From the NCBI GenBank assembly GCA_964466315.1, contig CAYXNS010000002.1, positions 29,174 through 93,173 of the forward strand: a DNA stretch of 64,000 bases, written 5' to 3'. Every line of letters starts with the position of its first letter. The first letter of the stretch is position 1. Both the position numbers and the translations under genes were made by a program. This document shows, one piece after another, positions 1 to 9,009 of the stretch. This stretch comes from an uncultured Gammaproteobacteria bacterium (lineage in GTDB: Bacteria > Pseudomonadota > Gammaproteobacteria > Steroidobacterales > Rariloculaceae). The notes below the pieces were generated by a model that saw only the letters and a program-made list of their open reading frames with translations, did not search any database and had not been told where the DNA came from.

Positions 1-603
1 GTTCGCGCCCGCGCCGCCGAATTCGGCGTGGATATGTTGGCCTCACCCGTCAGCGGTAACGGCAAGGTAGTCAAGGCCGGCAAGCTTACGATCGTCACCT
101 CGGGGCCGCGCGCCGCATTCGAAATCGCCGAGCCCTATCTCAATCAGGTCGGCCGCGGCGTGACCTACGTCGGTGAGGGTGAGCTCGCGCGGATGATCAA
201 GATCTGCCACAACGTGCTGTTGGGCGTGTACACGCAGTGCCTCGCCGAGATTCTCGTGCTGGCTGAGAAAGGCGGAGTTGCGCGAAAGGACACGATGGAA
301 TTCATCAACGGCAGCGTCATGGGATCCATGTTTTCGCAGTACAAGACGCCCTCGCTCGTGAATCTCGATCTGACACCGACATTCACGCCGATCCTGCTGC
401 GCAAGGATCTGGATCTCGGTTTGAAGGCAGGTGAGAGCCTCGGGGTCGAGCTGCCCGTCACGCAGACCACGCGAGACATGGTGCAGCGCTCGATCAACGC
501 GGGTTACACGGATTGCGATTTTTCCATCCTGCTGCAGGAACATGCTAAGGCGTCCGGGCTCGAACTCGAGTCGGAGGATGCCGACGTCGGTACCGGCCTG
601 TAA
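1..603 (+). CDS. beta-hydroxyacid dehydrogenase (3-hydroxyisobutyrate / 6-phosphogluconate dehydrogenase NAD-binding family), C-terminal part; 5' end is outside the window
   Basis: Frame is open from nt 1. The translation (ORF 28..603) has the helical C-terminal domain pattern of HIBADH-type enzymes (KICHNVLLG, LLRKDLDLGL, PVT..T). Confidence 0.75.
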   Translation, partial: VRARAAEFGVDMLASPVSGNGKVVKAGKLTIVTSGPRAAFEIAEPYLNQVGRGVTYVGEGELARMIKICHNVLLGVYTQCLAEILVLAEKGGVARKDTMEFINGSVMGSMFSQYKTPSLVNLDLTPTFTPILLRKDLDLGLKAGESLGVELPVTQTTRDMVQRSINAGYTDCDFSILLQEHAKASGLELESEDADVGTGL

Positions 604-629
604 AGTCGCCGGAACGACGGCCCGAGAGT

Positions 630-1895
630 GTGCTGAGTACCCCAAAGAAGAAATCGGCCGGGCTCACGCTCGCGGCCATAGGTCCGGGTCTGCTCCTGGC
701 GGCAACCGGCGTCGGCGGCGGTGATCTCGCCACGGGCTCCTTCGTCGGCAGCATCGTTGGGACGATCGTTCTTTGGGCCGTCGTCGTCGGCGCATTTATG
801 AAGTTCGTCGTGACCGAAGGCCTCGCGCGCTGGCAACTTGCCACGGGCGATAGCTTTCTCGAAGGTCTGGCTCACCACTTCGGCCCTGGCGTTATATGGG
901 CGTTTCTCCCGTATCTCTTTCTCTGGTCGTTCTTCGCCGGGTCGGCACAGATCAGCGCTTGTGGTGTGGCCATGCACGCGATCTTCCCTGTCTTCGGCGA
1001 TGCGACCCAGGGCAAGATCTTCTTCGGCGCTCTCTCCAGTCTCGTCGGGTTAGGGTTGGTGCTACGCGGCGGTTACCGGCTGTTCGAAAAAATAATGCGG
1101 GGCTGCATCGCGATCATGTTCGTCACGGTCGTCTGGACCGCACTCGCCCTCTGGCCGGGTACGGGTGAAGTACTGCGCGGACTCGTCTTCCCGAATATCG
1201 CCGAATTAACCGGTGAGAACCTGACGTGGACGATCGCGCTGATCGGCGGTGTGGGCGGAACCTTGACCGTGCTCTGCTACGGCTACTGGATGCGCGAGGA
1301 GGGGCGGACGGGTATCGAGGACCTGTGGATCTGCCGCGTCGATCTGGGCGCGGGCTATGCCATGACGGCGATATTCGGCATTGCCATGGTCATCGTCGGC
1401 AGTAACGTCCAGATCGAAGGCTCGGGCGCAACCTTGCTCGTCGACCTCGCGGAGCAGCTGGAGGAACCTATCGGCCCCATCGGTAAATGGATGTTCCTGA
1501 TTGGCGCGTGGGGAACGGTGTTCAGCAGTCTGCTGGGTGTCTGGCAGGCGACGCCGTATCTGTTCGCCGACTGCTGGGGGCTTGCCCGAGGTAACCTGGT
1601 GGCAGGACAGAACGATCCGGTCGATACGGAAGGCTTGCCGTACCGGTCCTACCTCGTGTTACTCGCTATCGTCCCGATGATCGGGTTGTTCACGGGCTTC
1701 CAGCAGGTGCAAAAACTCTACACCGTCTCGGGCGCGATGTTCTTCCCATTCCTCGCGCTGGCGCTATTGATACTCAACGGACGCTCGGCCTGGATCGGAG
1801 AACAGTTCAGGAACCGGCCCATCACGGCGATCGTACTTGTGAGCGTGCTAGTATTTTTCTCCAGAATCGCGGTCAGAACCGTCTGGGGAATCTGA
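630..1895 (+). CDS. Nramp-family divalent metal cation transporter (GTG start)
   Basis: 421-aa polytopic protein. The N-terminal GPGLLLAATGVGGGDLATGS resembles the Nramp GPG..(D/G)PG..AT motif region. It sits 26 nt after the upstream stop. Confidence 0.75.
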   Translation: MLSTPKKKSAGLTLAAIGPGLLLAATGVGGGDLATGSFVGSIVGTIVLWAVVVGAFMKFVVTEGLARWQLATGDSFLEGLAHHFGPGVIWAFLPYLFLWSFFAGSAQISACGVAMHAIFPVFGDATQGKIFFGALSSLVGLGLVLRGGYRLFEKIMRGCIAIMFVTVVWTALALWPGTGEVLRGLVFPNIAELTGENLTWTIALIGGVGGTLTVLCYGYWMREEGRTGIEDLWICRVDLGAGYAMTAIFGIAMVIVGSNVQIEGSGATLLVDLAEQLEEPIGPIGKWMFLIGAWGTVFSSLLGVWQATPYLFADCWGLARGNLVAGQNDPVDTEGLPYRSYLVLLAIVPMIGLFTGFQQVQKLYTVSGAMFFPFLALALLILNGRSAWIGEQFRNRPITAIVLVSVLVFFSRIAVRTVWGI

Positions 1896-2078
1896 ACGGT
1901 ATCGGTTGGATCTCGGCACTGAGCGACGATGGCGTCGCCAATCTCGCGCCATTCAGTCATTCGAATCTCGTCAGCGTTGCGCCACGGCTCTCTGGGATCA
2001 GCGCAGCTACGCTGATCTTCAGTACTCCGAGAGTAATGTGAGCTTGTGGCGCCCTAAGTCTTGGGGGACAATTCATTC

Positions 2079-3200
2079 ATGATGAATAGACAAAACCGAC
2101 GACCGGCGCGGTGGTTCGCGTCTCTGGGCGCAGCGGCTTGCATGCTTGCCGCGGTTTCCGTTCCGACCTCCGGGGTCGCTCGCGCTGATGGCTACTACGA
2201 AGGCGAAACGATCACGCTGATCATGGGACTCGACGCGTCCGCGGGCGGGACGACAGTCGGGCGACTCTTTGCCAAGCACCTCGAGTTGAACCTCGAAGGC
2301 AACCCGACGGTCATCGTGCAGAATATGCCGGGCGCGTCGATGATGATCGCGCATATCTACGTGTTGCTAAAAGCGCCGAAGGATGGGACGACCGTCTACT
2401 ACGGTCCGCGCTCGTCGCTCGGCGAGTTGCTCGAGTTTCCCGGTCATTCGTTCAAATACGAACAGTTCACGACGCTCGGTGGCGCCCAGCTCGCACCGCT
2501 CGTCACCTACATGCGTAAGGATATGCTCGAAGGCGGTATTCAAACCCCTGCCGACGTGCTACGTGCGGAAGGCCTGGTCTTCGGCGGAATCTCGGCCGAG
2601 CACGGCCGCATGATTGCGAGCACGATGGGTCTGGACCTCATCGGTGCGGAGTATCACTTCGTCGGCGGCTATCCTGGTAGCGGCCGGATTCGCGCTGCCG
2701 TATTGAGCGGCGAAGTCAACATGGCGACGGACGCCGCGCACGCCTACCTGAACGAAGCCGTGCCGCTTCTCGAACAGCAGGGCCTCAACGCGCCGCTGTT
2801 CAGCCTGCCACAGCTAACGGCCGATGGCCAACTCGTGAAAAGTGCGCTCGTACCGGATATTCCCACCATCGACGAGCTCTACGAAGAGATCAACGGCGAG
2901 CCGCCCTCGGGCACGAACTGGGATGCGATTCGGACGATGATCGAGATCGATCAGACGATGCAGCACGTTTTCCTCGGCCCGCCGGGAATGAACCCCGAAG
3001 CCGTCGAGACGTTCCGCAACGTGCTCACGCCGATGATGGAGTCCGCCGCTTTCATCGAGGAAGCGACGCGGATCCTGAGCTATGCACCCGAGGCGGTTGA
3101 GCATGAGCGCGCGACCGACATTCTGGCAGCGACCGGCGAGGTCACGCAGGACGTTCAGGACTACATCCGGGATCAGATCGCGCGCAATAACGCCTACTAG
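2079..3200 (+). CDS. tripartite tricarboxylate transporter substrate-binding protein (TctC/Bug-like), exported
   Basis: N-terminal signal-like segment, then ITLIMGLDASAGGTTVGRLFAKHL...VIVQNMPGASMMIA...KAPKDGTTV, matching the Bug/TctC pattern (PGAgG...DGyT). The ATG at 2079 is preferred to the TTG at 2061. Confidence 0.6.
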   Translation: MMNRQNRRPARWFASLGAAACMLAAVSVPTSGVARADGYYEGETITLIMGLDASAGGTTVGRLFAKHLELNLEGNPTVIVQNMPGASMMIAHIYVLLKAPKDGTTVYYGPRSSLGELLEFPGHSFKYEQFTTLGGAQLAPLVTYMRKDMLEGGIQTPADVLRAEGLVFGGISAEHGRMIASTMGLDLIGAEYHFVGGYPGSGRIRAAVLSGEVNMATDAAHAYLNEAVPLLEQQGLNAPLFSLPQLTADGQLVKSALVPDIPTIDELYEEINGEPPSGTNWDAIRTMIEIDQTMQHVFLGPPGMNPEAVETFRNVLTPMMESAAFIEEATRILSYAPEAVEHERATDILAATGEVTQDVQDYIRDQIARNNAY

Positions 3201-3451
3201 GATACGAGAATGAAGCAGGCCCCGGACCTGGTTCGGGGATCTTTCGGGAGTATTGCGCGGACGATTCTCTGTGGCTGTAGCTGTTCCGGTGGACGACCGG
3301 ATCGGCTCAAATCAACGGGTGTTCGCCTTCGTCGGCTCGGCACAGCTGCAAGCTTGCTCTGCGAAACTCCCAACGGCGGGGCTACTTCTTTTACCGAGCA
3401 ACCTCGATCGATAACCTGGCGGACCGCCTCATCCTTAAACTCCGGCGAATA
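3200..3451 (-). mobile_element. IS3-family transposase orfA (HTH_Tnp_1) remnant with no start codon and no orfB/DDE part
   Basis: The minus-strand frame opening at 3451 reads YSPEFKDEAVRQVIDRGCSVKEVAPPLGVSQSKL... The (Y/F)SPEFK.EAV...G.SV.EVA...GVS..L signature of IS3/IS911 OrfA is clear. The rest (..PEQLQ..RAILPKD) is only vaguely leucine-zipper/ILKKA-like. A TGA lies immediately upstream, and the expected orfB position is occupied by tctC-like. Confidence 0.5.
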
Positions 3452-3454
3452 TCA

Positions 3455-3724
3455 TTGTTAGCTGGAGACGTTCTCAGTTGTCTGGAGACAGCAAGGCGTT
3501 TGCTTTACCTTTTCAGAAGTGAGGCAGATCGGGCGGAGAGCGGATACGTCAGTCTGAGTTCTTCGACCATAAACCTCAGATTTGGGCAAATTGACGAAGT
3601 CAGGAATCTTCTTAGCCAAATCTCTAGCGAAGGGGGAGTGCCTGAATCTGAAATCGACTTGATTGAGGCCACCGCTGCGGAAATAGAAGCCAGGCTCACG
3701 GCTTTGCTGGATACCCAAGCTTAA
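3455..3724 (+). CDS. hypothetical small protein in a low-GC patch
   Basis: 89-aa ORF in a ~49% GC (by eye) segment between the IS3 remnant and the duplicated fragment. No recognisable family. May be non-coding. Confidence 0.2.
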   Translation: MLAGDVLSCLETARRLLYLFRSEADRAESGYVSLSSSTINLRFGQIDEVRNLLSQISSEGGVPESEIDLIEATAAEIEARLTALLDTQA

Positions 3725-3829
3725 CCGGGTTGAGATGTGAACCTGGCCTGGTTGTTCTCGTTGGGACAATAGCACTCGAAGTACTGTTGCTTCGCTGCCA
3801 TCGAATCTGGCCGTAGGCGAGCACCCACC

Positions 3830-4187
3830 GACCACGTGCGACATGGTGCAGCGCTCGATCGACGCGGGTTACACGGATTGCGATTTTTCCATCCTGCTGC
3901 AGGAACAAGCTAAGGTGTCCGGGCTCGAACTCGAGCCGGGGGACGCCGACGTCGGTACCGGCCTGTAAAATCGCCGGAACGACGGCCCGAGAGCGTGCTG
4001 AGTACCCCAAAAAAGAAATCGTCCGGGCTCACGCTCGCGGCCATAGGTCCGGGCCTGCTCCTGGCGGCAACCGGCGTCGGCGGCGGTTACCGGCTGTTCG
4101 AAAAAATAATGTGGGTCTGCATCGCGATCATGTTCGTCACGGTCGTCTGGACCGCGCTCGCCCTCTGGCCGGGTACGGGTGAAATAC
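3830..4187 (+). pseudogene. degenerate duplicate of the HIBADH 3' end + intergenic spacer + Nramp 5' end (parent copy 465..722 joined to 1074..1173)
   Basis: Hand alignment gives about 15 mismatches in ~347 nt. The copy lacks parent nt ~723..1073, and the junction lies in the GCGGCGGT repeat present at both parent breakpoints. The resulting ORF 3995..4429 reads MLSTPKKKS.GLTLAAIGPGLLLAATGVGGG|YRLFEKIM..CIAIMFVTVVWTALALWPGTGE and then runs into unrelated sequence. Confidence 0.85.
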
Positions 4188-4256
4188 AAGCGTGTGCTAC
4201 GCTGCACTCTCGTCGCCGAAAAGATAGCTCGACCCCGTTCTGGAGTGAATACCGGC

Positions 4257-5297
4257 ATGAAACCAAGAATAACGATTGTCGTCGTCATAGGCGCGTTCGT
4301 CTCGCAAGCGCCGTTTTCTGTTGTCAGCGGTCAGGCGAATCAGCCGTCGGTCGTCGTTGGTACGGCGATAGAAATCTCCGGCGTGGTCGCGAGCGGCGCG
4401 GAGATCCAACGTATCCTGGAAGGGTATAACGGGCTGGATGATCCGATCGGTCTGATGGATGGATCGCTGGTGTTCGCCGAGCCGGACGCGCTCCGACTCC
4501 ATCGCATGGGCACCGAGACCAACGAGGTGGCGGTACTCGTCGCCGAGTCCAACGAGTCGCACGGCGTTACCCAGGACTCCATGGGCCGCTTGATCTCGGC
4601 TCAGGCATGGGATGGATCCACGAGGATCGGGGTGATCTATCCGCCGGGCAGCGAAGCCGTGCTCACGGATAGCTACGACGGTATGCCGTTCAGTCGCCCT
4701 AACGATTTAATCGTCGCCAGGAACGGCGGTGTCTACTTCACGGACCCCGGGCTCACGATGGGACAGGCCGAGGAGTTGGTAGAAAGGTACGGGGGCACGC
4801 CCCTGGGGCCGCGCCTGCCGCCGGCCGTGTATTACATTCCTCCTGGGGGAGAGTCGGTGAGGATTGAAGAGAACATGATCCGGCCGAACGGCATTCAGCT
4901 CAGCCGAGACGAAAGTACGCTATACATCAGCGATTCCAATGGTGTTCATATCATCGCCTGGGATATCCGACCGAACGGTCTCGTTCAAAATCGGCGCGAC
5001 TTCGGTACCCTGCAGGGCCGAAGCAACCGGGACAATGGATTGGGTGGAATCAAGACCTTCGCTGATGGGATGGCCGTCGACGACAAAGATCGTCTCTACG
5101 TGGCCACGGGAGCCGGCATCGAGGTCTTGAGTTCAGACGGGGCGCACCTCGGCATCATACCCGTGCGCTGCCCACCGCGAGACTGCCAGAACGTCGCGTT
5201 CGGCGGGCCTTCGAAACAGATGCTGTATATTGCCGGCGCGGGCTCTCTCTACAAAGTTGAGATGGTCGCTCGGGGGCTCACGGAACGTGCAAAGTAG
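4257..5297 (+). CDS. SMP-30/gluconolactonase/LRE-like six-bladed propeller protein, exported
   Basis: MKPRITIVVVIGAFVSQAPFSVVSG signal-like N-terminus. Later motifs: VYFTDPG, RPNGIQLSRDESTLYISD, DGMAVDDKDRLYVA, NVAFGG. The ATG at 4257 is preferred to the ORF-track start at 4179, which lies inside the duplicated fragment. Confidence 0.8.
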   Translation: MKPRITIVVVIGAFVSQAPFSVVSGQANQPSVVVGTAIEISGVVASGAEIQRILEGYNGLDDPIGLMDGSLVFAEPDALRLHRMGTETNEVAVLVAESNESHGVTQDSMGRLISAQAWDGSTRIGVIYPPGSEAVLTDSYDGMPFSRPNDLIVARNGGVYFTDPGLTMGQAEELVERYGGTPLGPRLPPAVYYIPPGGESVRIEENMIRPNGIQLSRDESTLYISDSNGVHIIAWDIRPNGLVQNRRDFGTLQGRSNRDNGLGGIKTFADGMAVDDKDRLYVATGAGIEVLSSDGAHLGIIPVRCPPRDCQNVAFGGPSKQMLYIAGAGSLYKVEMVARGLTERAK

Positions 5298-5913
5298 CCA
5301 ATGCACTGTCTCGGTGCGCTGTTTCAAAGGCGTCGTTTGGGGATTGCTCGTCGTCCTCGCGCCTCTAACATCGTCCAAAGAGAGCGTCGCTGCCACGCTC
5401 CTTCTATCGAACCATGCGTCCGTTCCGGAGGGTGTCCCAAATCAATTTGTCCACGTCTCCGCAACTTCAGATGTAAACGACGCACCATACTATGCGGTTA
5501 CAATCACCACGATGGGCGGCGATGTCGAGATTGTGGAACTCGCATTCACGCTCACTGACGTAACCGGGATCTCCCCACTTTCTGATTTCTCAGACTATGA
5601 TTTCGGCATCGACAGCAATTTTAATTTGGATATCACTGCTGCGGAGCAAGTTGCGAATGTCGTAACTGCTACGGCCACGCGGATTACAATTAACGGGTTC
5701 TCGTCTCTGCGGATGATCGACGGGCAGGCTACACCCTTCGTCTTAGAAATGGACGTGAATAGCGTCACACTAGGCGACCGGTTCACCATCGATCTGGCGC
5801 CCGCTGGTATCCAGGCCATCTCGGGGTCGAACCCTGTCGCCGTCATAGGCGAGTCGTTCTCGCCGACCCATATTAGCCGACAAGATAGCTGGAGTGATGC
5901 GAACGGCAGATAA
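5230..5913 (+). CDS. hypothetical exported protein (lower-GC gene); true start probably internal
   Basis: 227-aa ORF with a hydrophobic VVWGLLVVLAPLTSS segment near the N-terminus. No recognisable family. Overlaps the upstream gene by 68 nt if started at 5230. Confidence 0.4.
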   Translation: MPARALSTKLRWSLGGSRNVQSSQCTVSVRCFKGVVWGLLVVLAPLTSSKESVAATLLLSNHASVPEGVPNQFVHVSATSDVNDAPYYAVTITTMGGDVEIVELAFTLTDVTGISPLSDFSDYDFGIDSNFNLDITAAEQVANVVTATATRITINGFSSLRMIDGQATPFVLEMDVNSVTLGDRFTIDLAPAGIQAISGSNPVAVIGESFSPTHISRQDSWSDANGR

Positions 5914-6123
5914 CAGCAGGAATCGGGATCGGCCGAATAACTGCGTTCTCCAAGCCGTTCAGAAGGTACGTGTTAGGGTCGAGGGCCGTATCGCAGACGT
6001 GTGTCAACAGGCAGGGTTCAAGTTGAGACACGTTGCGTCGGGGGCAAATGAAGCAGCAAGTTCGTGTCGGGCTAGACCTATGGTATCGAGTCACGGGACA
6101 GAGTGCAGAGATATTCGGGATCC

Positions 6124-6154
6124 GGCCGGTGTGGAAAGGAACCCGGCCCCTTTT
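6124..6154 (+). terminator. possible rho-independent terminator
   Basis: GGCCGG (6124-6129) pairs with CCGGCC (6043+100, i.e. 6143-6148), with a 13-nt loop, followed by CCTTTT. Confidence 0.3.
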
Positions 6155-6158
6155 CATC

Positions 6159-8186
6159 CTACACGATCAGCCAGTCAGGGAATCCGTTAGGCAGAATGTC
6201 CTGCAGCCAGACCTGCAGATATGAAGGATGGAACAACATGCTCATGACCTCGCCGTAGAAGAATACGGTGATGGCCCAGGCGGCTATCGAATAACTCAGG
6301 ACGATTCGTTTGGAGTACCCGCCCCAGCGCCAGAGATAAGAGCCGATAAACAGCGGCAGCGCGATCTTCTGCCCGACGAGCAGCGTCAAGACGATAATTC
6401 CGAGCAGGTAACCGAAGAACGGCAGCGCGTTACCGAGCCAAGCTTCTTCGTAGGATTTCTTAAGCGTGAGCCCCCACGTCCCTTCGGCTTTGTGTTCTTC
6501 GAGCAGATGGATGAAGTCGCGCACGGCGACGATGGCCGCGAGTATTGCACCCGGGACAGCGACGAGTAGGGGCGCCTGCCGAACGGGCGGCGGCCACTCG
6601 AGTGACGTTACGCCGGCCCAGACGAATAGCACGCATAGGCCGGACGACAGCCCCAACGACAGCGCCGGGTTTCTTGCAGAGCCCTCGCCGGCCATCGGCT
6701 TGTTCGCCGAGAGCTTCTGTCTCGCGATACCGCGGGCGGCGAAGATCAGTGTCACGACGATGACGACGATGAGCACGAGCACAATCGGGCGGGTCAACCA
6801 GCTTACGCCCTGGTAAACGCGCATGCTAATCTGGAAATAGCCTTCGAGAATTCCGCCGAGCACGAGCGCGAGTATGACCGGCGGTCGGGGCCAGCCGCCT
6901 CGCTTCATCAGGTATCCAACTACACCGAACGCCGTGCAGCTGATCCAGTCGCCGAGTGACGCACCGCCGAGCCACGCACCCATATAGACGAATAACAGGA
7001 CACCGGGCACGACGAGTTGCCCCGGCATGAGCGCCACTTTCACGACGTGCTCTACCGTCGCAAGCAGGATCAGTGTGGCGATGACGCTCGCGAACGCAAT
7101 CATCCAAACGAAGCTGAACGTCATGTCGAGATTCTCCGACAGCATCGCCGGACCCGGGCGCAGGCCGAGCATAATGAGCGCGCCCATGAGCACCGCGGTA
7201 CCGACACTTCCTGGAATGCCCATCGTCACCGTGGGGATCAACGCGCCGCCGCGCAGGGCGTTATTCGCGGCCTCGGGCGCAAGTACCCCGCGGATATCGC
7301 CCTGGCCGAACTGCGACTGGTCCTTCGCGGTCTGCATCGCGTGACCATAGGTGACCCAACCCACGATCGATGCGCCGAGGCCAGGCAGCATGCCGATGTA
7401 GGCGCCGATGACGCTGCAGCGAATGACCAGCCACCAGCGCCTGAATGCATCGCGGATACCCGTCGTCAGACCGCGGCGTGTGTCCCCCGCCTCCCCGGTG
7501 CGCACGATCGAAACGTCCTTGATCGCGAGCTCCATGATCTCCGGAATCGCGAATAACCCGAGCAGGACCGGAATCAGCGGTAGCGCGTCGAGGAGATAGA
7601 GCGTATCGAAGGTATACCGCGGGATCGCAAACGACTCGGGGAAACCGACCATCGCGAGTAAGAGGCCGAACATCGCCGCGGTGATGCCTTTCAGGATCGA
7701 CCTTCCTGCGAGCGAGCCGACCATGGTGAGGCCTAGCACGCCGAGCATGAAGGTCTCCGGCGACTCGAACGCCAGGATGATCGGCAGGATCAGCGGCAAC
7801 GAGACGCCGAGTGCCGCGGCGCCGAAGACGCCACCGATGGCTGACGAGGTAAACGCCGCGCCCAGCGCACGCGCTGCCTCACCTGCCTTCGCCAACGGGT
7901 AGCCGTCCAGGACCGTCGCCTGCGAGGCCGCGGTGCTCGGAATGCCCAGCAGTACAGACGTGATCGCACCGCTCGTCGAGGTCGAGGCCCATGAAGCGAG
8001 TAACAGTGCGAATGCCGAGACGGGCTCCATATTGAACGTGAATGGTAGCAACAGCACGAGGCCGATCGCGCCGCCGAGCCCCGGGATCGCGCCCATCCAG
8101 ACGCCGATCACACAGCCGAGCGCAAAATAGCCTAGGACCTCCCATTGGAAGATCAGCCCCAGGCCCCCTATCAGCGCTTCAATCAT
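6159..8186 (-). CDS. tripartite tricarboxylate transporter large permease (TctA) with a C-terminal four-TM TctB-like extension
   Basis: The first ~500 aa show TctA-like sequence (GAIPGLGGAIGLVLLLPFTF, LLGIPSTAASQATVLDGYPLAKAGEA, MLPGLGASI). The last ~170 aa form four hydrophobic segments of TctB size. Confidence 0.75.
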   Translation of the reverse strand: MIEALIGGLGLIFQWEVLGYFALGCVIGVWMGAIPGLGGAIGLVLLLPFTFNMEPVSAFALLLASWASTSTSGAITSVLLGIPSTAASQATVLDGYPLAKAGEAARALGAAFTSSAIGGVFGAAALGVSLPLILPIILAFESPETFMLGVLGLTMVGSLAGRSILKGITAAMFGLLLAMVGFPESFAIPRYTFDTLYLLDALPLIPVLLGLFAIPEIMELAIKDVSIVRTGEAGDTRRGLTTGIRDAFRRWWLVIRCSVIGAYIGMLPGLGASIVGWVTYGHAMQTAKDQSQFGQGDIRGVLAPEAANNALRGGALIPTVTMGIPGSVGTAVLMGALIMLGLRPGPAMLSENLDMTFSFVWMIAFASVIATLILLATVEHVVKVALMPGQLVVPGVLLFVYMGAWLGGASLGDWISCTAFGVVGYLMKRGGWPRPPVILALVLGGILEGYFQISMRVYQGVSWLTRPIVLVLIVVIVVTLIFAARGIARQKLSANKPMAGEGSARNPALSLGLSSGLCVLFVWAGVTSLEWPPPVRQAPLLVAVPGAILAAIVAVRDFIHLLEEHKAEGTWGLTLKKSYEEAWLGNALPFFGYLLGIIVLTLLVGQKIALPLFIGSYLWRWGGYSKRIVLSYSIAAWAITVFFYGEVMSMLFHPSYLQVWLQDILPNGFPDWLIV

Positions 8187-8517
8187 GTGTGCCTCATCCC
8201 ATTATTCGTGCGCGCGAGAGTTTATCAAGCCGTTTCCCACCATGTTTTGATCACTGGAAAAGCCGCCGCAAATATTCGACGGCTTCGGCGAGCGGTGGTG
8301 CTTTGAGGCCGCGTTCGCTATCGATGCGATCGTTCTTCCGGCGCAGCGTTTCGGGCATCGCATCGTAGTAAGCCTCGACGGCGTCGGCACCGCCCGCTGC
8401 GTTCAGATCGCGCATGCTTAGACCTCGGCGGTGTTCGCTATCGGTGAAATGGCCGCATGGTGATGGCGCAGGCCAACTCGTTGATAATATCATCGGCTGA
8501 GAACAGGAGATCGATGC

Positions 8518-8997
8518 ATGCCCCGAACACTGAGTCCGCTAACAGTCGCTCTGAATCTCGAGCAAGCAAGCGCGATCATCGATGAAGCCCTACGCTTGGC
8601 GAGAAAGCATGGCATGCTGCCGCTGACCGTTGCCGTGTTGGACGCCGGCGGTCATCAGATCGCACTCAAGCGTGAGGACGGCTCCGGGATCATACGCGTC
8701 GAGGTCGCCATCGCGAAGGCGTATGGTGCATTGGGAATGGGCGTCTCAAGCCGCGTAATCGGTCAACGACTTGCGGAGCGTCCCGTATTTTCGACCACCC
8801 TGTCCGTGATCTCCGGTGGGCAATTCGTCTCCGTGCCGGGCGGTGTCCTCGTATGCGACGGCGATGGTACGGCCATTGGCGCCGTCGGTATCAGTGGTGA
8901 GACATCCGCACGGGATGAGTTTGCGGCCGTCGGCGGGATCAGAGCCGCGGGCTTCAATTCCGAACCCGCTGAGCCGCTGCCCGATTGGGATGCCTAG
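8518..8997 (+). CDS. GlcG/HbpS-like (DUF336) haem-binding family protein
   Basis: LEQASAIIDEALRLARKHGMLPLTVAVLDAGGHQIALKREDG...AIAKAYGA...GGVLV...GAVGISGETSARDE is the typical DUF336 pattern. Confidence 0.8.
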   Translation: MPRTLSPLTVALNLEQASAIIDEALRLARKHGMLPLTVAVLDAGGHQIALKREDGSGIIRVEVAIAKAYGALGMGVSSRVIGQRLAERPVFSTTLSVISGGQFVSVPGGVLVCDGDGTAIGAVGISGETSARDEFAAVGGIRAAGFNSEPAEPLPDWDA

Positions 8998-9009
8998 AAA
9001 CGGTGACAG

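Noticed and set aside
43-645. Long antisense or off-frame ORFs inside clearly assigned genes. Examples: 43..645(-), 504..977(-), 20042..20680(-), 21386..22204(+), 21567..22307(-), 22470..23138(-), 22901..23533(-), 25378..26457(-), 36840..37541(-), 55708..56484(+), 60798..61472(-).
   Set aside because: They overlap genes with strong family signatures. They are Arg/Pro/Ala/Gly-rich in the way GC-rich shadow frames are, and they match nothing recognisable.
3995-4429. 144-codon ORF starting like Nramp, considered as a possible second transporter gene.
   Set aside because: It is the chimeric product of the duplicated and deleted fragment. Only ~60 codons are Nramp-derived, and the rest reads across the start of the SMP-30 gene in another frame.
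8251-8493. 80-codon ORF between tctA and glcG-like, considered as a tctB equivalent or a gene remnant.
   Set aside because: It is not hydrophobic, so it is not TctB. No family is recognised, and the start context is poor. There is insufficient support to call it a gene.
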